Source of the DNA: Botryllus schlosseri
Lineage: Eukaryota
Assembly: GCA_051294905.1 (NCBI GenBank)
Contig: CM119371.1
Coordinates: 20,214,001 to 20,278,000 of the forward strand
Direction of reading: 5' to 3'
Length of the DNA: 64,000 nucleotides
Part shown: positions 1 through 12,887 of the stretch, piece after piece
How positions within the stretch are numbered: position 1 is the stretch's first letter
Layout: the number at the start of each line of letters is the position of its first letter
The notes under the pieces: generated by a model
Databases searched by the model: none
Told to the model about the DNA's origin: nothing
The model's input: only the letters and a program-made list of their open reading frames with translations
Made by a program: the position numbers and the translations under genes

Positions 1-456
1 TTATCTGAACGTAAGAGTCAGCAATACATCATTCCATGCCACATTTACTGATTTCATGATTGCTAGGGTGATTATGTTCATATTTTGACTTCGGAATTTT
101 TGAGTCGTAGTTAAGTCGGAATAATTAGGTCCCAAGATATATCCGATCATCATTTCCGAGCCAAAACCTCCAGTCCACATAGGTCGTTCAGGCGTCTCTG
201 AAATGCTGAGATTCCTGGCAACATTTCTCCCGTATTTACCGCCGCATAGCGCCAGCTGGCGGAGTTCTTCTTCAAAATCCGTGGACTTTTCGAAAGTTAG
301 AAAAAGTGTATTAAAAAAAACAGTTTTGTACCGCAAGTGTGTCTGGACGGGCCGTATATAATTACAAATTTGGTAAGATAAGGATCTCATCATCCTAAAA
401 TAAAGCGAAGTGGATCGAGTCTCATGAATTCGTTTCGACACCTTCCTATCTTTCAT
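1..456 (-). CDS. Uncertain 151-aa ORF, possibly a TE-borne gene remnant
   Basis: Open for 151 codons in AT-rich DNA. It lies upstream of a hAT-type TIR end at 782-792. The segment DFEEELRQLALCGGKYGRNVARNL is only vaguely reminiscent of DUF4806-type proteins. Confidence 0.2.
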   Translation of the reverse strand: MKDRKVSKRIHETRSTSLYFRMMRSLSYQICNYIRPVQTHLRYKTVFFNTLFLTFEKSTDFEEELRQLALCGGKYGRNVARNLSISETPERPMWTGGFGSEMMIGYILGPNYSDLTTTQKFRSQNMNIITLAIMKSVNVAWNDVLLTLTFR

Positions 457-699
457 TGTATCGCAGTCGTGTGGTGTAGCCTATCGAAACGATGAAATTT
501 TTAGCAATAAATTAAATTGAAATTAAACTAGAGGCCTACTTAAAAATGTTTGTAACATCCGCCTACAGTGCCGTAATGCCCATGAGAAGGTTTGTCGGAG
601 AAGCGTCAATGCTGCATGTGTGAAATAAATATATTACCATACACATAAATAATAATTTTCAAATAGACCGTAAGAAGGGCTGGGCGGGGCCGTCCATAT

Positions 700-792
700 A
701 TGAAATCCATAACCAATTCGATTTCTACAAAGTTGAGCCGAATCCAATTATAATCCTATCAGAATCCGAGGGATTTTCATTGCTCATCACTG
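700..792. mobile_element. Right end of a hAT-type element with the same TIR as element 5217-7751
   Basis: GCTCATCACTG at 782-792 is identical to the TIR at 7741-7751 and is preceded by ATCCGA/AATCC-type subterminal motifs. The left end is not seen. Confidence 0.55.
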
Positions 793-1014
793 ATCTGGGT
801 GTCCCGATTCGATCGTGAGTTGGTCTGGGTGAAACTGCTAACCTTTTTTGTTGATCAGCTAAGTACATTTAGGGTGGAGATATTAAAGTTATATTAGCAT
901 TAAAAGTCGATTATCGCGTTCGTAAGGATTTGTCAGCCCAGGATTAACGAAACTGGTTGACCGCAGCGCATAAAGTTATAGTTTTAATCTCATGATTCAA
1001 CGAACCGGAACGAC

Positions 1015-1267
1015 CATTCATCCTGGTTCGTACCGGATTTGCACTGTTGCGACGAATAAATGATTGATTAGATGTTTATTTTATGTTGTAATTGTCAGGT
1101 TTCCATGAAGATGTAATTGAGATTGTAATTGAGCAAAATTTTGATCAAATTACAATTACCATTACAATTACACAAAATAGAAATGCTTCAATTACAATTA
1201 CAATTACATGAGAAAATGTGATTCATTACATTCAGCTCAATTACAAATTACAATTCATCCAACTCTG
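1015..1267. mobile_element. Right-end fragment of the (CAATTA)n hAT MITE family
   Basis: Matches 19990-20197 (…ccggatt…aaatgattgatt…caattacaattac…ccaactctg) and ends in CCAACTCTG. Confidence 0.75.
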
Positions 1268-1820
1268 GTGTGAACGTGAGGTTCACGTTCGCGGTCTGTC
1301 TGTGTGAACCTTAGAAATCTAGAGGTTCACGTTCACAAACGAAGCTTGGTATAGGTTCCGCACTGTTAACCTTTTTCGTATAGTACAATTTTCACTTCAT
1401 TATAGCAGCTTTGTGTGAAATGTATTGCATTTCTCTCTATGCATGGCAATGGCAGCATAAAAAAATCAACACCAAACGAGCATGCACCTTGATAATCTCA
1501 AAAATGTTACTTGCCTTGTTACAAAAGTTTGTTCAAAATATCCAGCTTTCCGTCTGTGAATATTTAGTGGCTCTCTGCTGTAAACATACCCGCAATCACA
1601 CAACATCGAGAGCGAAATACACTCTGCTCAATATCACCGTAGCAATACTCAAACCCCGAATACATAGTCCGGTCTGGCCTATACCGTTAAAGCGTAGCTT
1701 TTATTCCCTTGCAAGTCCTCGTCGAAATTTTTGGCAAAGCCACGGAGGATATTGCTTTTATGGGATTATTATTTGATTGCCCCAGTAGATACATTTGGCG
1801 ACGTGTAAAACGTCAATATG
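1268..1820. mobile_element. Diverged partial copy of the MITE at 2403-4812
   Basis: Colinear similarity with 2410-2770, 2978-3099 and 4549-4590. It lacks the LINE insertion and so shows the empty site (cccagtagatacatttggcgacg). Confidence 0.75.
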
Positions 1821-2395
1821 CAGTGTTGGGATCAAGTCACTATACCTTCGAGTCACGAGTCATTTCTAGTCATTGCACATTTTGACACGAGTCAAGTCAA
1901 GTCAATCGATTTTCGAAGGTGACTCGAGTCAAGTCGAGTCAAGTCAAGTCAAGTCAAGACAAGTCACGAGTCAAGTCACAATTCAAGTCAAGTTGCCTTT
2001 TGGAAGTATGAGGCATGGTTACGTGATTGCATATTGATAGGTGTCTGATATACAGAGTGAATGGTCATGTCATTGATTTTGAGCCGATGAACGAATGTAG
2101 AGTTACATATACGCGCAAGAAGGCGCTGTATCGCTCACATATACGTAGAATTGCTAACCTACGTGAGTAATTGCATAGCCTCAGTTTATAGTTACCAGCC
2201 AAAATAGAGAATAGAGAAACAAATTGATAAGATGCAATACATTATCCATTTACAAATTGATATGATACAATTCGAACCTGCGCCAATGTTTGAACTAATA
2301 ACTATATATTTGAATTCAATTTCAATAAAACAATAGGTTTGATTAAGGTAAGAACAGAGAACAGAAATATACATTTTGCTATTCAATTACTTTAC
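1821..2395. mobile_element. hAT-type MITE fragment with (AGTCA/GAGTC)n subterminal repeats
   Basis: Starts CAGTGTTGGGATCAAGTCACTA. Homologous to 21509-22040 and its mirror copy ending near 38603. Confidence 0.75.
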
Positions 2396-2402
2396 TATAC
2401 TA

Positions 2403-4812
2403 TAGGGATGGTGTGAACGTGATGTTAACGTTCGTGTTCTGTGTGTGAACCTCGGACAATTTGAGGTTCGCGTTCACAACAGAACCTTGGTAGGTTCTGC
2501 GCTGTGAACCTTTTTCATATATTGCAATTTTCACTTCATTATAACATCTTTGGTTCAAATTTATTGACTTTCAACTGCGGGCCACTCTATGCATGGGGCT
2601 TGCAGCATAAACATTCAACACTAAACGAGCATGCCCTTGACAATCTCAAAAATTTACTTGTATTGTTACAAAAGTTTGCTCGAAATATCCAGCCTTCCGT
2701 TTGTGCATATTTAGTGTCTCTGTGCTGTGAGCTTGACCCGCAATCACATGACATCAAGAGCGAAATACACTGTATTTTGTCAGCAAATGATCCTTATTCA
2801 ACCAATCAATGAGATTGATATCGTCTTTTGATGTTAAAATCTAGCAGGCGTACGGGGTCAATCTTGACTACATATATGTATACTGTATCATAAAAACCAA
2901 ATCCGTCCGACTGGGGTGTTGGCTATATACTGCTGTATAACTTGTTAATCGGTAGCGAGTATATAGAAACCCATTTTACACTCTGCTCAATATCCATGTG
3001 ACAATACTGAATACATTGTCCGATCAGGTCGAAATTGTTGACAAAGCGACGCAAGATACTGATTTTATAGGATTATTTTATCATTTGATTGCCCCAGTTA
3101 TTATTATTTTTATTATAAGTAAAAATCGTGATAGTGGCGCTTATCACGGCACAGGTTTTGTGCGCCACTTCTATACTTGATTTGACAATGAATTAGCATT
3201 ATCCAAATATATACAGCATCGTTCAGTTCTATGGGTATGCCAACATGCACATTCAATATAAGGAGCTAGCCGACAATATACAAACACTACATTTGGTTAT
3301 ACAAATAATGAATATACAACATGTATTAGCTATACTATATAAGTCGTCCGGAAGATATCACAAACTGTACAACATTATCCAATATCGTTGGATCTGTTAA
3401 AACGTCTTTCAACTCCCAATTTATTCGGCTCATTCGCGCAGCATGATGTAGTTGTCTCCTTTGATGTTGATATCTCACACAATGTAACAAAAAGTGCTCT
3501 ACAGATTCCTCTGCATTGCATTGCTGACATAGTGGAGTCTCAGAACAACGGATCTTATGCAGATGTTGATTCAGTCTGAAATGGCCGCTTCTTAATCTAA
3601 GTAGAATTACGTCTCTTCGCCGTGTTCCAATTTGAGCTATATCGTCGGTAATTGATGGTCGCAGATTCTTATACGCTCTTCCGGTCTCAGTGCTTTGGTA
3701 TATCTGATCCCATTCACATCTACAATAGTGTCTTAAGACGGACAGTGCATCACGCAGAGGTAATAAGTGATTGTTCCCTTCATCACTTCTTGACGCAGCG
3801 TCTTTGGCTAACTGATCGGCGATTTCGTTACCACGAATACCAGCATGCCCAGGTATCCAGATGAACGTGATTGATTTATTGTTATTTTGAAGTTCTGCAA
3901 TATATTCTTATATATCGTTCACAACGTAGTCATTGACCGATCCATGATTGGCGATAGCGGTTAGGGCACTCAAACTGTCACTTACTATAGCAATTTTACT
4001 CTGCGTTTTCCTTTCAACCCACGATAATGCATCTTTGATGGCATGCAACTCTACATAAAATATTGAAAAACATTTAGGAAGCGTCGCAGACAATCTTACA
4101 TTCAACCGAGGAATGTATACGGCATAACCACATCCTGACAATGTCTTTGAACCATCCGTATATACAAGTGTATGATCAATGTAGTTCGAGAAAATATGGT
4201 CCCGGAATACCACCTTAACAATTTCTGCAGGGGCATTTCTGCCAAATGATTTTGTCAATGATGAATCTACATCAGGTTCTTGAGCAATCCACGGAGGGTT
4301 TTTTAATACGACTTGCCCAGTTGCGTGCAAATCGCGAAGGTCAGCACCACTGGTTAAGGATCGAAAGGTTGAAAATCTCTCATTTATTAGGCTGTATATA
4401 TCTTCCCATGATTCTTCCAATATCGAACTAGTTGGGTGAGTTTGTTGGGTGCTGAGACAATATCTATAATTTAAACACAGATACAAGTGCCGTAGGGATA
4501 GAGGCATATCATTGCATTCAATTTCAATTACAGAAATTGGTGTACTGACCCAGTTGATGCATTTGGCGACGTTTCAAACTTCAATATGTACAATGTACAT
4601 AAGTACTGAGCTATTATGTGGCCCCGAGTCGTCGCTCGGTATCGTGTACAGTAGATTAATATAGGCAATCACCTAATTGAAATATGGGGTTTAAAATTAG
4701 CAATATGACGTCACGTGACGTCATGAGGTTCACGTTCGTGTTCACACAGAACCTTTCAAAAAGGTTCACGTTCACACGAACTTGAACCTTTCAGAGGTTC
4801 ACACCATCCCTA
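2403..4812. mobile_element. Non-autonomous TIR element (hAT-like) containing a LINE insertion
   Basis: 16-bp TIRs TAGGGATGGTGTGAAC (from 2403) and GTTCACACCATCCCTA (ends 4812), with GTTCAC subterminal motifs. No matching TSD in the flanks. Confidence 0.75.
3100..4548 (-). mobile_element. 5'-truncated non-LTR retrotransposon of the I group (ORF2 C-terminus: RNase H + CCHC), frameshifted
   Basis: ORF 3908-4507 contains VYTDGSKT, FSIFYVELHAI and IVSDSLSAL. After a frameshift near 3910 the frame reads ITFIWIPGHAGIRGNEIADQLAKDAA, and later CQQCNAEESVEHFLLHC. (TAA)n-like tail at ~3100-3116. CCCAGTT is duplicated at 3093-3099 and 4549-4555. Confidence 0.9.
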
Positions 4813-5216
4813 CTAGTTTGCAACCACGTAAGCTTCGATTATTGATCATTGAATTCAATAACAGGAAAAATTTCAAAGTTCCATGCTGCAAAATTTCGGC
4901 ATTTCGGAAATTTTTCAGCAATATTACTTGAGCCACACATTTACATTTTGTGTAAGGATAAATCCGTACACCGAATCAATTTTCGAGACAATAATTCAAA
5001 ATGGGAGAGAATGAAAGATATGATATCCGGACATGGGATATGGCCCCCCTCTGTTGCTTTGTTGGGGTCAATATTTGTTATTGGAGGTGGCATGTCTGGA
5101 TCGTCTGATATTGTTGATGGATTCAACCCGTCTTCAAACCGATGGTCTCAACTAAAGAGCAAATCCACAGCGGTTTCCGATCCGAGTCTCGTATCATTAA
5201 ATGGCTCAGTGTATTG

Positions 5217-7751
5217 CAGTGATGAGCATCGGACGGACTCGGATAGCATTCGGACCGGATATTAGGCGATTTTGCGGTAGTCGGATAGGACTCGGATATT
5301 ATCACAGATTTTTTTCCGGATATAGTCGGATAGTTGTAACTTTTGATAGGATATTTCCGGATAGTTGTACCCAGATGTGAGATTTGATTACAGGCCTATA
5401 GAAAGAATTCATCAATTCAATAACCAAATACAGACAGCTGACACCTTGCGATATGACTAGTAGCAGTCTAAAAATGTTTGTCAAGAGTCCAAGATAATCT
5501 AGATTAACTATCGCCAAGATCAGCCATGATATCAAATTTATTAGCTAAAACACATCAAGTATACCATACTTGCCAGTCTAACGATATATGAACTGATAAA
5601 AGATGGTATGATTGGACATGGGCTCGCCTGACATGGTTTTATCATCAGTACGGTATTCTCGCAGAACAGTGTCTGAAGTTCGCAAAATTGAAAGTATTGT
5701 TTCAACATCAGTCACAGGATTGCGTTTGCTTCCCGCCTTGACATGCAGTTTTTGAACCCATTGCTGCTGAATGTCACAATTGGGCATACAATTTCTAGAA
5801 TCCTCAACGTTGTTGTTGTGGCAGTCTTCTGTAGATTAATATACCGGTAAGTCAAATCCCTCTTTGCGTACTTGTAGCATGACTGACTTTCAGGCTGTCA
5901 CAGTAGTTGTATGATACCTTTTCGATCAGCACTATACAGCGGTGCTTGTGCTATGGCACAATCTTCAGCTACCATCAGCCTTCCAGCAGTTCATGAACGG
6001 AATATATCCTGATGACGTTCAACAATGTAATAATTCCATTCTGTGAGAAGGTATTCCCAGTGTGGACATGGACTTTGTGTCAGCTTGGCACGTTGAGTTA
6101 ACAGCTATTCACACACTTGCAGCCCGGCCAATCAAATAAGAATATGCATACAAACATGTACAAGTAACTTTCTGGAGTCAGATAATTATATAGAAAATTA
6201 TGTAAGAAGATATATACACAGATAAAATGTATGATACTTTAATATAATGATGCCTTGACCATGACCATACAGTAGCCTACCAGCCTCTTTGAAATCATTC
6301 AAGAGACATGCATATAATACTAAGGCAAACTAATAACATATAACAAGGCTATACAAATCCAGAATTCCTATATATACCGTTACAATGAAAGCAAACCTAT
6401 TCAACTCTCCTGATTACTCTTCCTTCCTTCAGCAGCTATATTTTCTCCAATATGATTGACGGAATCAATCATCCAGAACCATTGAGCCATACAAGAAAAA
6501 GCTGTTAGTTGTTTTTGTCAAGCATTGGTCTGCTCAAGTAAATTTGATTTCAGGTGAAGAATTGTGTAAAAAAGACTTTGGCGTGATTATGGTGCTTTTC
6601 CATATGATTTCAACGAGAGCCCATGTAAACAGTTTGAAAGTCAACGCCAATGAGTGTTGATCAGTGCGTTAGTGATGCGTCATGTCTCTTGAGTGGAGCT
6701 CCATCAACTAGTGTATTGTATTATTTGAAGAGTATGAAGACCTTGAATGTTGTCAAACTCCTTGTCTGAGTGTCGATTTGAGTGAGCTATGATTCCGTGC
6801 TGTCGTAGTTTCGTTTCTCCATGATAATGGATTGAAGAAAGTAGACGTTTTGAGAGATAGCACAGCAAGAGTGAAGTGTGGAGAGATTGCATCCGGATTT
6901 ATGGGACACTGGCTCTGCTGAATGCTCTAATTACTATGTTCAAGTGAAACACCCCAAGTTTTCAAGTGGTACAATGAACCTTACAAACCATATCCGAAAG
7001 GCCAAGGATAGAGCACAGTTGAAGATAAGTTTCTTCTCTTCCAATAAAGAAGTCGGCAAGACAACTACTGACCAACTACCTGAGAGGAAATTTGGACAGG
7101 TAGAGGGGCATTCAGGATGGTGCTATTATTGACATTTTGGGTGACTCGACTATAAGCGTCATGCTCGAAGCTTTGAACTGATTGACCAAAGGTATTATAA
7201 GCATCAGCAAGTTGCTATTAAACATGCCTTCACGCCTTCCAGCACTTGTGGGCAAAATGCGCATTATCTGCATATACTATTGACCATCTCCGGATTGTAA
7301 AATTCCATGGTTACAACTTGCTACTATTACTTCTTGATATATATTGGGTAATATGATTAAATGCCTGATTGTTATATATGGCCATGCCCTAATACTCTTT
7401 GTCATTTTTGATTTGCTTTTAATCCGAGATAGCACTTAAATTCGCACACTTACTTCAAATTAGTAGCGTTGTTTCATTGCGTTAACCTTCCTATAATTAA
7501 AATTCCAATTTTTGTTCATTCCATAGATACAATTCGTGATCTTCTAGTGCAGAACTGTAACTAAGCTCAGCTGTAAAATTGATATTATGCGATATCATTA
7601 TTCGATATGGATTTTCCGGATTCTTCTAAGAGATTTCCGGATATATTCGGATAGTTGGATGAGATTATCCGGAGTCGGACGGATAGTTCCGCAGACACCA
7701 AAACTGTCGGACGGATTCGGATTCTCAAAATTCAACATCCGCTCATCACTG
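5217..7751. mobile_element. Internally deleted/decayed hAT transposon (2535 bp)
   Basis: TIR CAGTGATGAGC / GCTCATCACTG. Perfect 8-bp TSD GTGTATTG at 5209-5216 and 7752-7759. CGGAT-rich subterminal repeats and a BED-finger relic inside. Confidence 0.93.
6864..7132 (+). pseudogene. Relic of hAT transposase N-terminus (BED zinc finger)
   Basis: SKSEVWR… (frameshift) …SAECSNYYVQVKHPKFSSGTMNLTNHIR resembles the BED finger pattern S.VW..F…A.C..C…SGT.NL..HL. Confidence 0.6.
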
Positions 7752-9406
7752 GTGTATTGTATCGGAGGTAAAGGACCAGATTGCGTCGCAACTTCCTCAT
7801 TCTGCAAATTTACTCCGTCCTCGTCAGAGTGGATTGACCTCAAGCCAATGAGATATCCGAAGTGGGGCAGTGGTGTTCTCGCGGTTGGTCTGAAGATATT
7901 CGCGATCGGTGGCTGCACATTGCGGAAGAAATTGATAAATGTAGAGTGTTATGATGTCACGTCATCTCAGTGGACTTCATTGTCGCATATGAATAATTGT
8001 CATGGTTGGAATACTGCCGTGCGCGTTGGCAGTTGGATATTTTCCGTACCAGTGTTTAAGTCTATGTCCTCCGATCCAATTGAGAAGTATGATTTTCTAA
8101 ACGACATATGGCAGAGAGAAGATTCACGTGTAGATCAATGTAGAGCTTACGCAGCTATGATCGTATCGCAGTAGACAATGAAGTTCCTTAATAACAATTC
8201 AACAAATCTCAATGACGCATTTTGATCCATTCTTTTGTCAACTTGAGTGGATAACAGTCTGTGATCATGATCTCTATACCCGTATACTAGTGCTTTCGTT
8301 ATAAGATATTGTGTCATGCCATTGTAATCTATGACATCTCAAGATATATACTTTTATCCCTACTATTACTGACTTTCAGTAAATCGTACCAGTATGTGTA
8401 TTCAATCATAGCCTCCGTAACTATTTTAAGGAAATTATGACTTTTTTATTATATGTATTATGCTATAACGTTGCGAGCATAATTTGTAATCGTAATCCTG
8501 CTATAGGCCTAATTGTTTTCCTGGTTGAATATACTACCACAGTGCTTTTCAACCTGTGTGACGGTTCGCACTTGTGCGAATGAAAAACATTGCAGTGCGA
8601 ACGACGAAGGTGGTGCGAATGGTGCGAATGAAAATCCGGATCAAGTGCGAATGAAAATCGTAATTAATTATTAATTTTTCTGACGTGGATTAATTCGAAT
8701 AAACCTAATAGAAAATTTAAGGTCCGTTTAACTTTTGTAGTTGCGACGTAATTGTAAAAACTTGTTTATCTTACGACGCACCACTAATCGTAGCTATCAC
8801 AAGCCGTATTGAATTAATATTCTCGCACTATAATTATTACGTGACCAAAAGCCTGGTTTGGAAGCTGGTGTAGTGGCAGACATACAGGATATCGGCCCGT
8901 CTGAGCCTGTGACAGGCTGGAAAAATGGCGTCAAATTGACTTTCTGCTTTCTTAACAAACTACTACAAGTCACCATAAACAACGATTGGCTGTCAAATAT
9001 ATTATAAACAGTAACATTTGAACAACTGGATACCATCAGCAGTCTGCTCACTGCTCAGCGCAGCGTGTTCTCCTACTCAAATACTCAATGTTTTCGAGCG
9101 GGAGAGAGAGAGGTAAAGAGAGAATTTACTAGTCAATCAGCAAGCAAATCAATGATTGTAGCATACCTATGATTACAGCACTACAGAGGAAGAAAATATT
9201 ATAACAAATATGGTAAAGAGCAGAGGTCTCAAACACGCAGCCCGCGACGGCATTTTGGAATTTGTAGTATTCTGCAATATGTTTCTGTGCCACATATCTT
9301 TTTTAGTTATAAGAATTTGAAGTTCAACCTAAAACTGCTATAAAAACACTGAAATCTCTACAAACTACACAATCACATCAATTTTAAAAGCTACCATGCG
9401 ATAGAA

Positions 9407-10046
9407 CAGTGGTTCTTATACTTTTTAGACCGCGACCCAAATCTGACTTTTAGTGGTATCTCGCGACCCAAGCAACACACACCAAAATGAATGCATTTGG
9501 GTGCCGACCAATTATATCAATAACGAAGGGTTTGGCCACCCAGCGACGGTCAATTATCGCCACCGAACTTTTTGGCACCGCACTTTGCCCAGCCGTATGT
9601 TGGCCCAACGTCATATATTCATGTGTCCAAGCGTGGACGGGTTTTGGCCTCATAAACCGGCAACCGCTCGTTGTACAACTCTACACTAAAGCGTCCCAGG
9701 TCTCCAACGGTCTTTTTCAGGGAAACCATTGTTGAAAAAAATCCTATCATGAATTCAAAGCAATTTGTTTAATACAAAGGTCGGCACATTTTCATGATCA
9801 AGTCATGTTGTGGTGGCGACTTCTCTACGTGTCTCGCTTATTGGCCGTGGTACCAAACTCAGTGACCTCCGATATGCTCAAACCAACTACAGTAAATCGC
9901 GCGAAAAGCGAAGATGTTTTTGTTGTTGCAATGACCTCAAATAATATTACATACATATTAAAGGACCATTCTGGTACCGTCGCGACCCAAAATTATACCC
10001 TTCGCGACCTATGTTTGGGTCGCGACCCATACTTTAAGAACCACTG
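9407..10046. mobile_element. hAT-type MITE
   Basis: TIR CAGTGGTTCTTA / TAAGAACCACTG. TSD CGATAGAA at 9399-9406 and 10047-10054. Confidence 0.9.
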
Positions 10047-10348
10047 CGATAGAAGATCAGCTATTACGTCACATTTCTAGTTCATGATGATAAAACATGA
10101 CCCGTTGATGATTCGTGACTGAAAATATTATGATTTGGTTTAATGCGATCTTTCGTTAAATACCCCGATTTCAGAGTGACTGGGTGATTAAATGAAAATG
10201 AATCGAGTTGAGTCGAGTCGAACGTTAAAATCGGAGAAGGACTTGCGACGCGGAACGGTCACTTGGCAATCCTACGGACGTAACAATCTATGAAACTGTC
10301 ATGGGGAATAGCAATACATCAAAAGGAGATAGCTTGCGTTGCGTAGGG

Positions 10349-11911
10349 CAGGGCTCTTCAACCTTTTTCGGCGTGATACACCCTTTTAACGTTTGCTCAA
10401 AACTCGTACACCCCTGTTCATTAGGGGTCTTCAAAAATGACTTTTTTCCTCAAATCGTACTGGCTACTTGATAAAATTGTTAGGTTACCGAACTTAAGCC
10501 TACACACCAAATTTGGTTCAATTCCAACCAGCAGCCGCATGGCTACGGAAGAAGAAAGTTTTCATTTATAATATAAAAATAAATAACGAAAAATGTGAAA
10601 TTTTTCTGTTCACCCCTTGAAAGTATTAGGCTGTCTATAAAAATGATGTTCTTCAAATTTGGTTCAATTCCAACCAGTAGAAGCGGAGTTATTGCCGTCA
10701 AAAAAATTGGATTTGAATAAAATAGTATTTTGTCACAGAGTCTATTTGCAGCCAGTTAGGCCGCCCGCCACGCAAATTGGAATTCATTTCGTGTCAGCCC
10801 CAAAACAGCATGACATTACGAACGATAATCAACCTAAACGTAACAGTATTGGGGAGAGTAGGTAAAGCTACTGCTGCAGAAGCGGTAATTTAGATCAGCG
10901 ATGATAGCAGGCGCACCAGCCTACTGCGTATCAGGCCTTCCCACACCACACACCGTCGATAGTAGCACAAGGGCTGAGATGTCAGTAACCTCAGATCGTA
11001 TGCCTCTCTGCACAGTCTATTGTCGCTAATTTGCATCACTAATAACAAAATACTAAATTGAAAATGTATGGCGAAATCTTGGACATAAAATCGGCATTTT
11101 AAAACAAAAGGGTTTCGATTTCAACATGGAAGCTGTTTCGATCCTGGCCGGCTTCGTCACTTCATTTATGTGCATTGCGGTATGTATTAACGTCGGGTAG
11201 GAAGTACTGATTCAAGAAGTCTGAGCTATCGCGTCGGTTTCCTCAAAAAATCACTAAAAGACAAATGACTAGCTGAACACATGTTTGTTAACTGCATATA
11301 CTTTCCAACACCAAACGGAACCATTGGTCTATTGCCGACGGCTAAATGAATAGGAGAAATATTTTCTTATGACATCAGAATCAACCGGTGTACAGTATTA
11401 CACTTGAGATAACATCGTACCATATTGCTCATTAACCTGTGCGTCAACCTGCACTGACCCATTAACCTGCTGTCTTTGTGATAGCTAGCCATCGGCTCAT
11501 TGTAATTCGGATCTGGTACACCCCTGTACACCTCATCCGAGTGGTACACCCTTCGCAAATTCTGGTAAACCCTAGGACAGTGGTTCCCAACGTGGGCGAT
11601 ATCGCCCCCCAGGGGGCGATTTGGCGATCTAGGGGGGCGAAAATGACGAAGGGGCGACAGGGGACAAGGCACCTTTTTTTAGTCGACCCACAGAAATTTA
11701 GTTACAAAAGTGTGTTAAATTAGATATCGAGCTGAAAATTTGACCTTTTTTTTAGTCAACCCGCCGGTGATTACAGTTTGCATGCCCAATTTTCGGTACA
11801 CAAAATTTTGGGGGCGATGATCGGTGTTGACCTTGAAAAGGGGGCGATGGGTCGAAAAAGGTTGGGAACCACTGCCCTAGGGTGTACGACAACCCCGGAT
11901 GAAGAGCACTG
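10349..11911. mobile_element. hAT-type MITE
   Basis: Ends CAGGGCTCTTCA / TGAAGAGCACTG. TSD GCGTAGGG at 10341-10348 and 11912-11919. Confidence 0.88.
11578..11874. mobile_element. Short hAT-type MITE with GGGGCGA repeats
   Basis: TIR CAGTGGTTCCCAAC / GTTGGGAACCACTG. TSD CCCTAGGA/CCCTAGGG. Second copy at 53439-53766. Confidence 0.9.
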
Positions 11912-12887
11912 GCGTAGGGTAGGCTATATATATAGCTATCTAATCAGGTCACTATGGCATCCATTGGTATTATGTGACCCCCGTGACGTCTAGTCGGTTA
12001 CATTCTAGGTGTTGTCTGATCTCTTTATCCATGCTATTATCGGTGTCGAGTAAGGTATAGTAGTACGCTCCACAGTCCACAGCTGTAACACCAATGAATT
12101 CATCGGCGATTGGACATTTCTATTCTTACCCAGGGTCCGTAGACCCCTTCGGGGTACGGAGCACCACATCACGGGTACGAGATGCGTTGTGGAATTAGGC
12201 CTATATGCTGGGGAATATTTATTGACCAATTTACTCTACTGGAAAATGGTCTTCGAGCTACGCGCGATTTTACGTGTAGTGGCTTTCTAACTTTAATACG
12301 TATACAGTCGGAAACTGTGTTGAAAATGGACAGGGGCTCCGAGATATCTTATTGCAAGCACGAGGGGTACGATCGCTAAGGTTAAGAAACAATGGTATTA
12401 CAATAGCTCAATAATGATTATATTCAAGTTTCTATTGATATGTTCCAATAATAATCGACGACAAAATCTGATGCTGATTTAATTGGACTTTGAATTTGGC
12501 AATGACATAGTAACCAGGGCATGGTATGGTATGGTATGGAACGAGAATTTTCCATACTCCATACTTGCCTTACTCTCTCCATACCATACTTGCAATTTTC
12601 CATACCATACCAACATTGTTCCATACCATACTTGATAAATATTCCATACTTTCAAATACTTCAATATCATAAGTATAGTACCTTTTATAGCACCTATAAT
12701 ATTGATATTTCGGATGTCATTATTGCTTAAACTGGCCATGGTGCGAATCTAATTCCTGGTAATAGTTTTACAGAGTCTGTTTTGGTGAGGCTTAGTTCAC
12801 GGTGGTGAGGTGCCGTGTACGTCTACTCTACAGCTTCCGCGAGCAAAATGAGATAGTGAGCAGATTTTTATCTAGGACTGTCCATAA

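Larger units (their letters stand above)
4849..8174 (+). pseudogene. Kelch-repeat (KLHL-like) coding region, intronless here, interrupted by a hAT insertion and truncated at the 5' end
   Basis: Kelch motifs GSIFVIGG…FNPSSNRW, NGSVYC|IGG…FTPSSSEW, LKIFAIGG…VECYDVTSSQW and IEKYDFLNDIW. Joining 4849-5216 to 7760-8174 gives 783 nt in one frame (260 aa + stop). In-frame TGA at 4843; a TE lies upstream of 4813. Confidence 0.88.

Noticed and set aside
7587..7751. N-terminal 55 codons of the 195-aa ORF 7587-8174 as part of the Kelch protein
   Set aside because: They are read from the transposon's subterminal repeats. Kelch sequence resumes at the TSD (7752).
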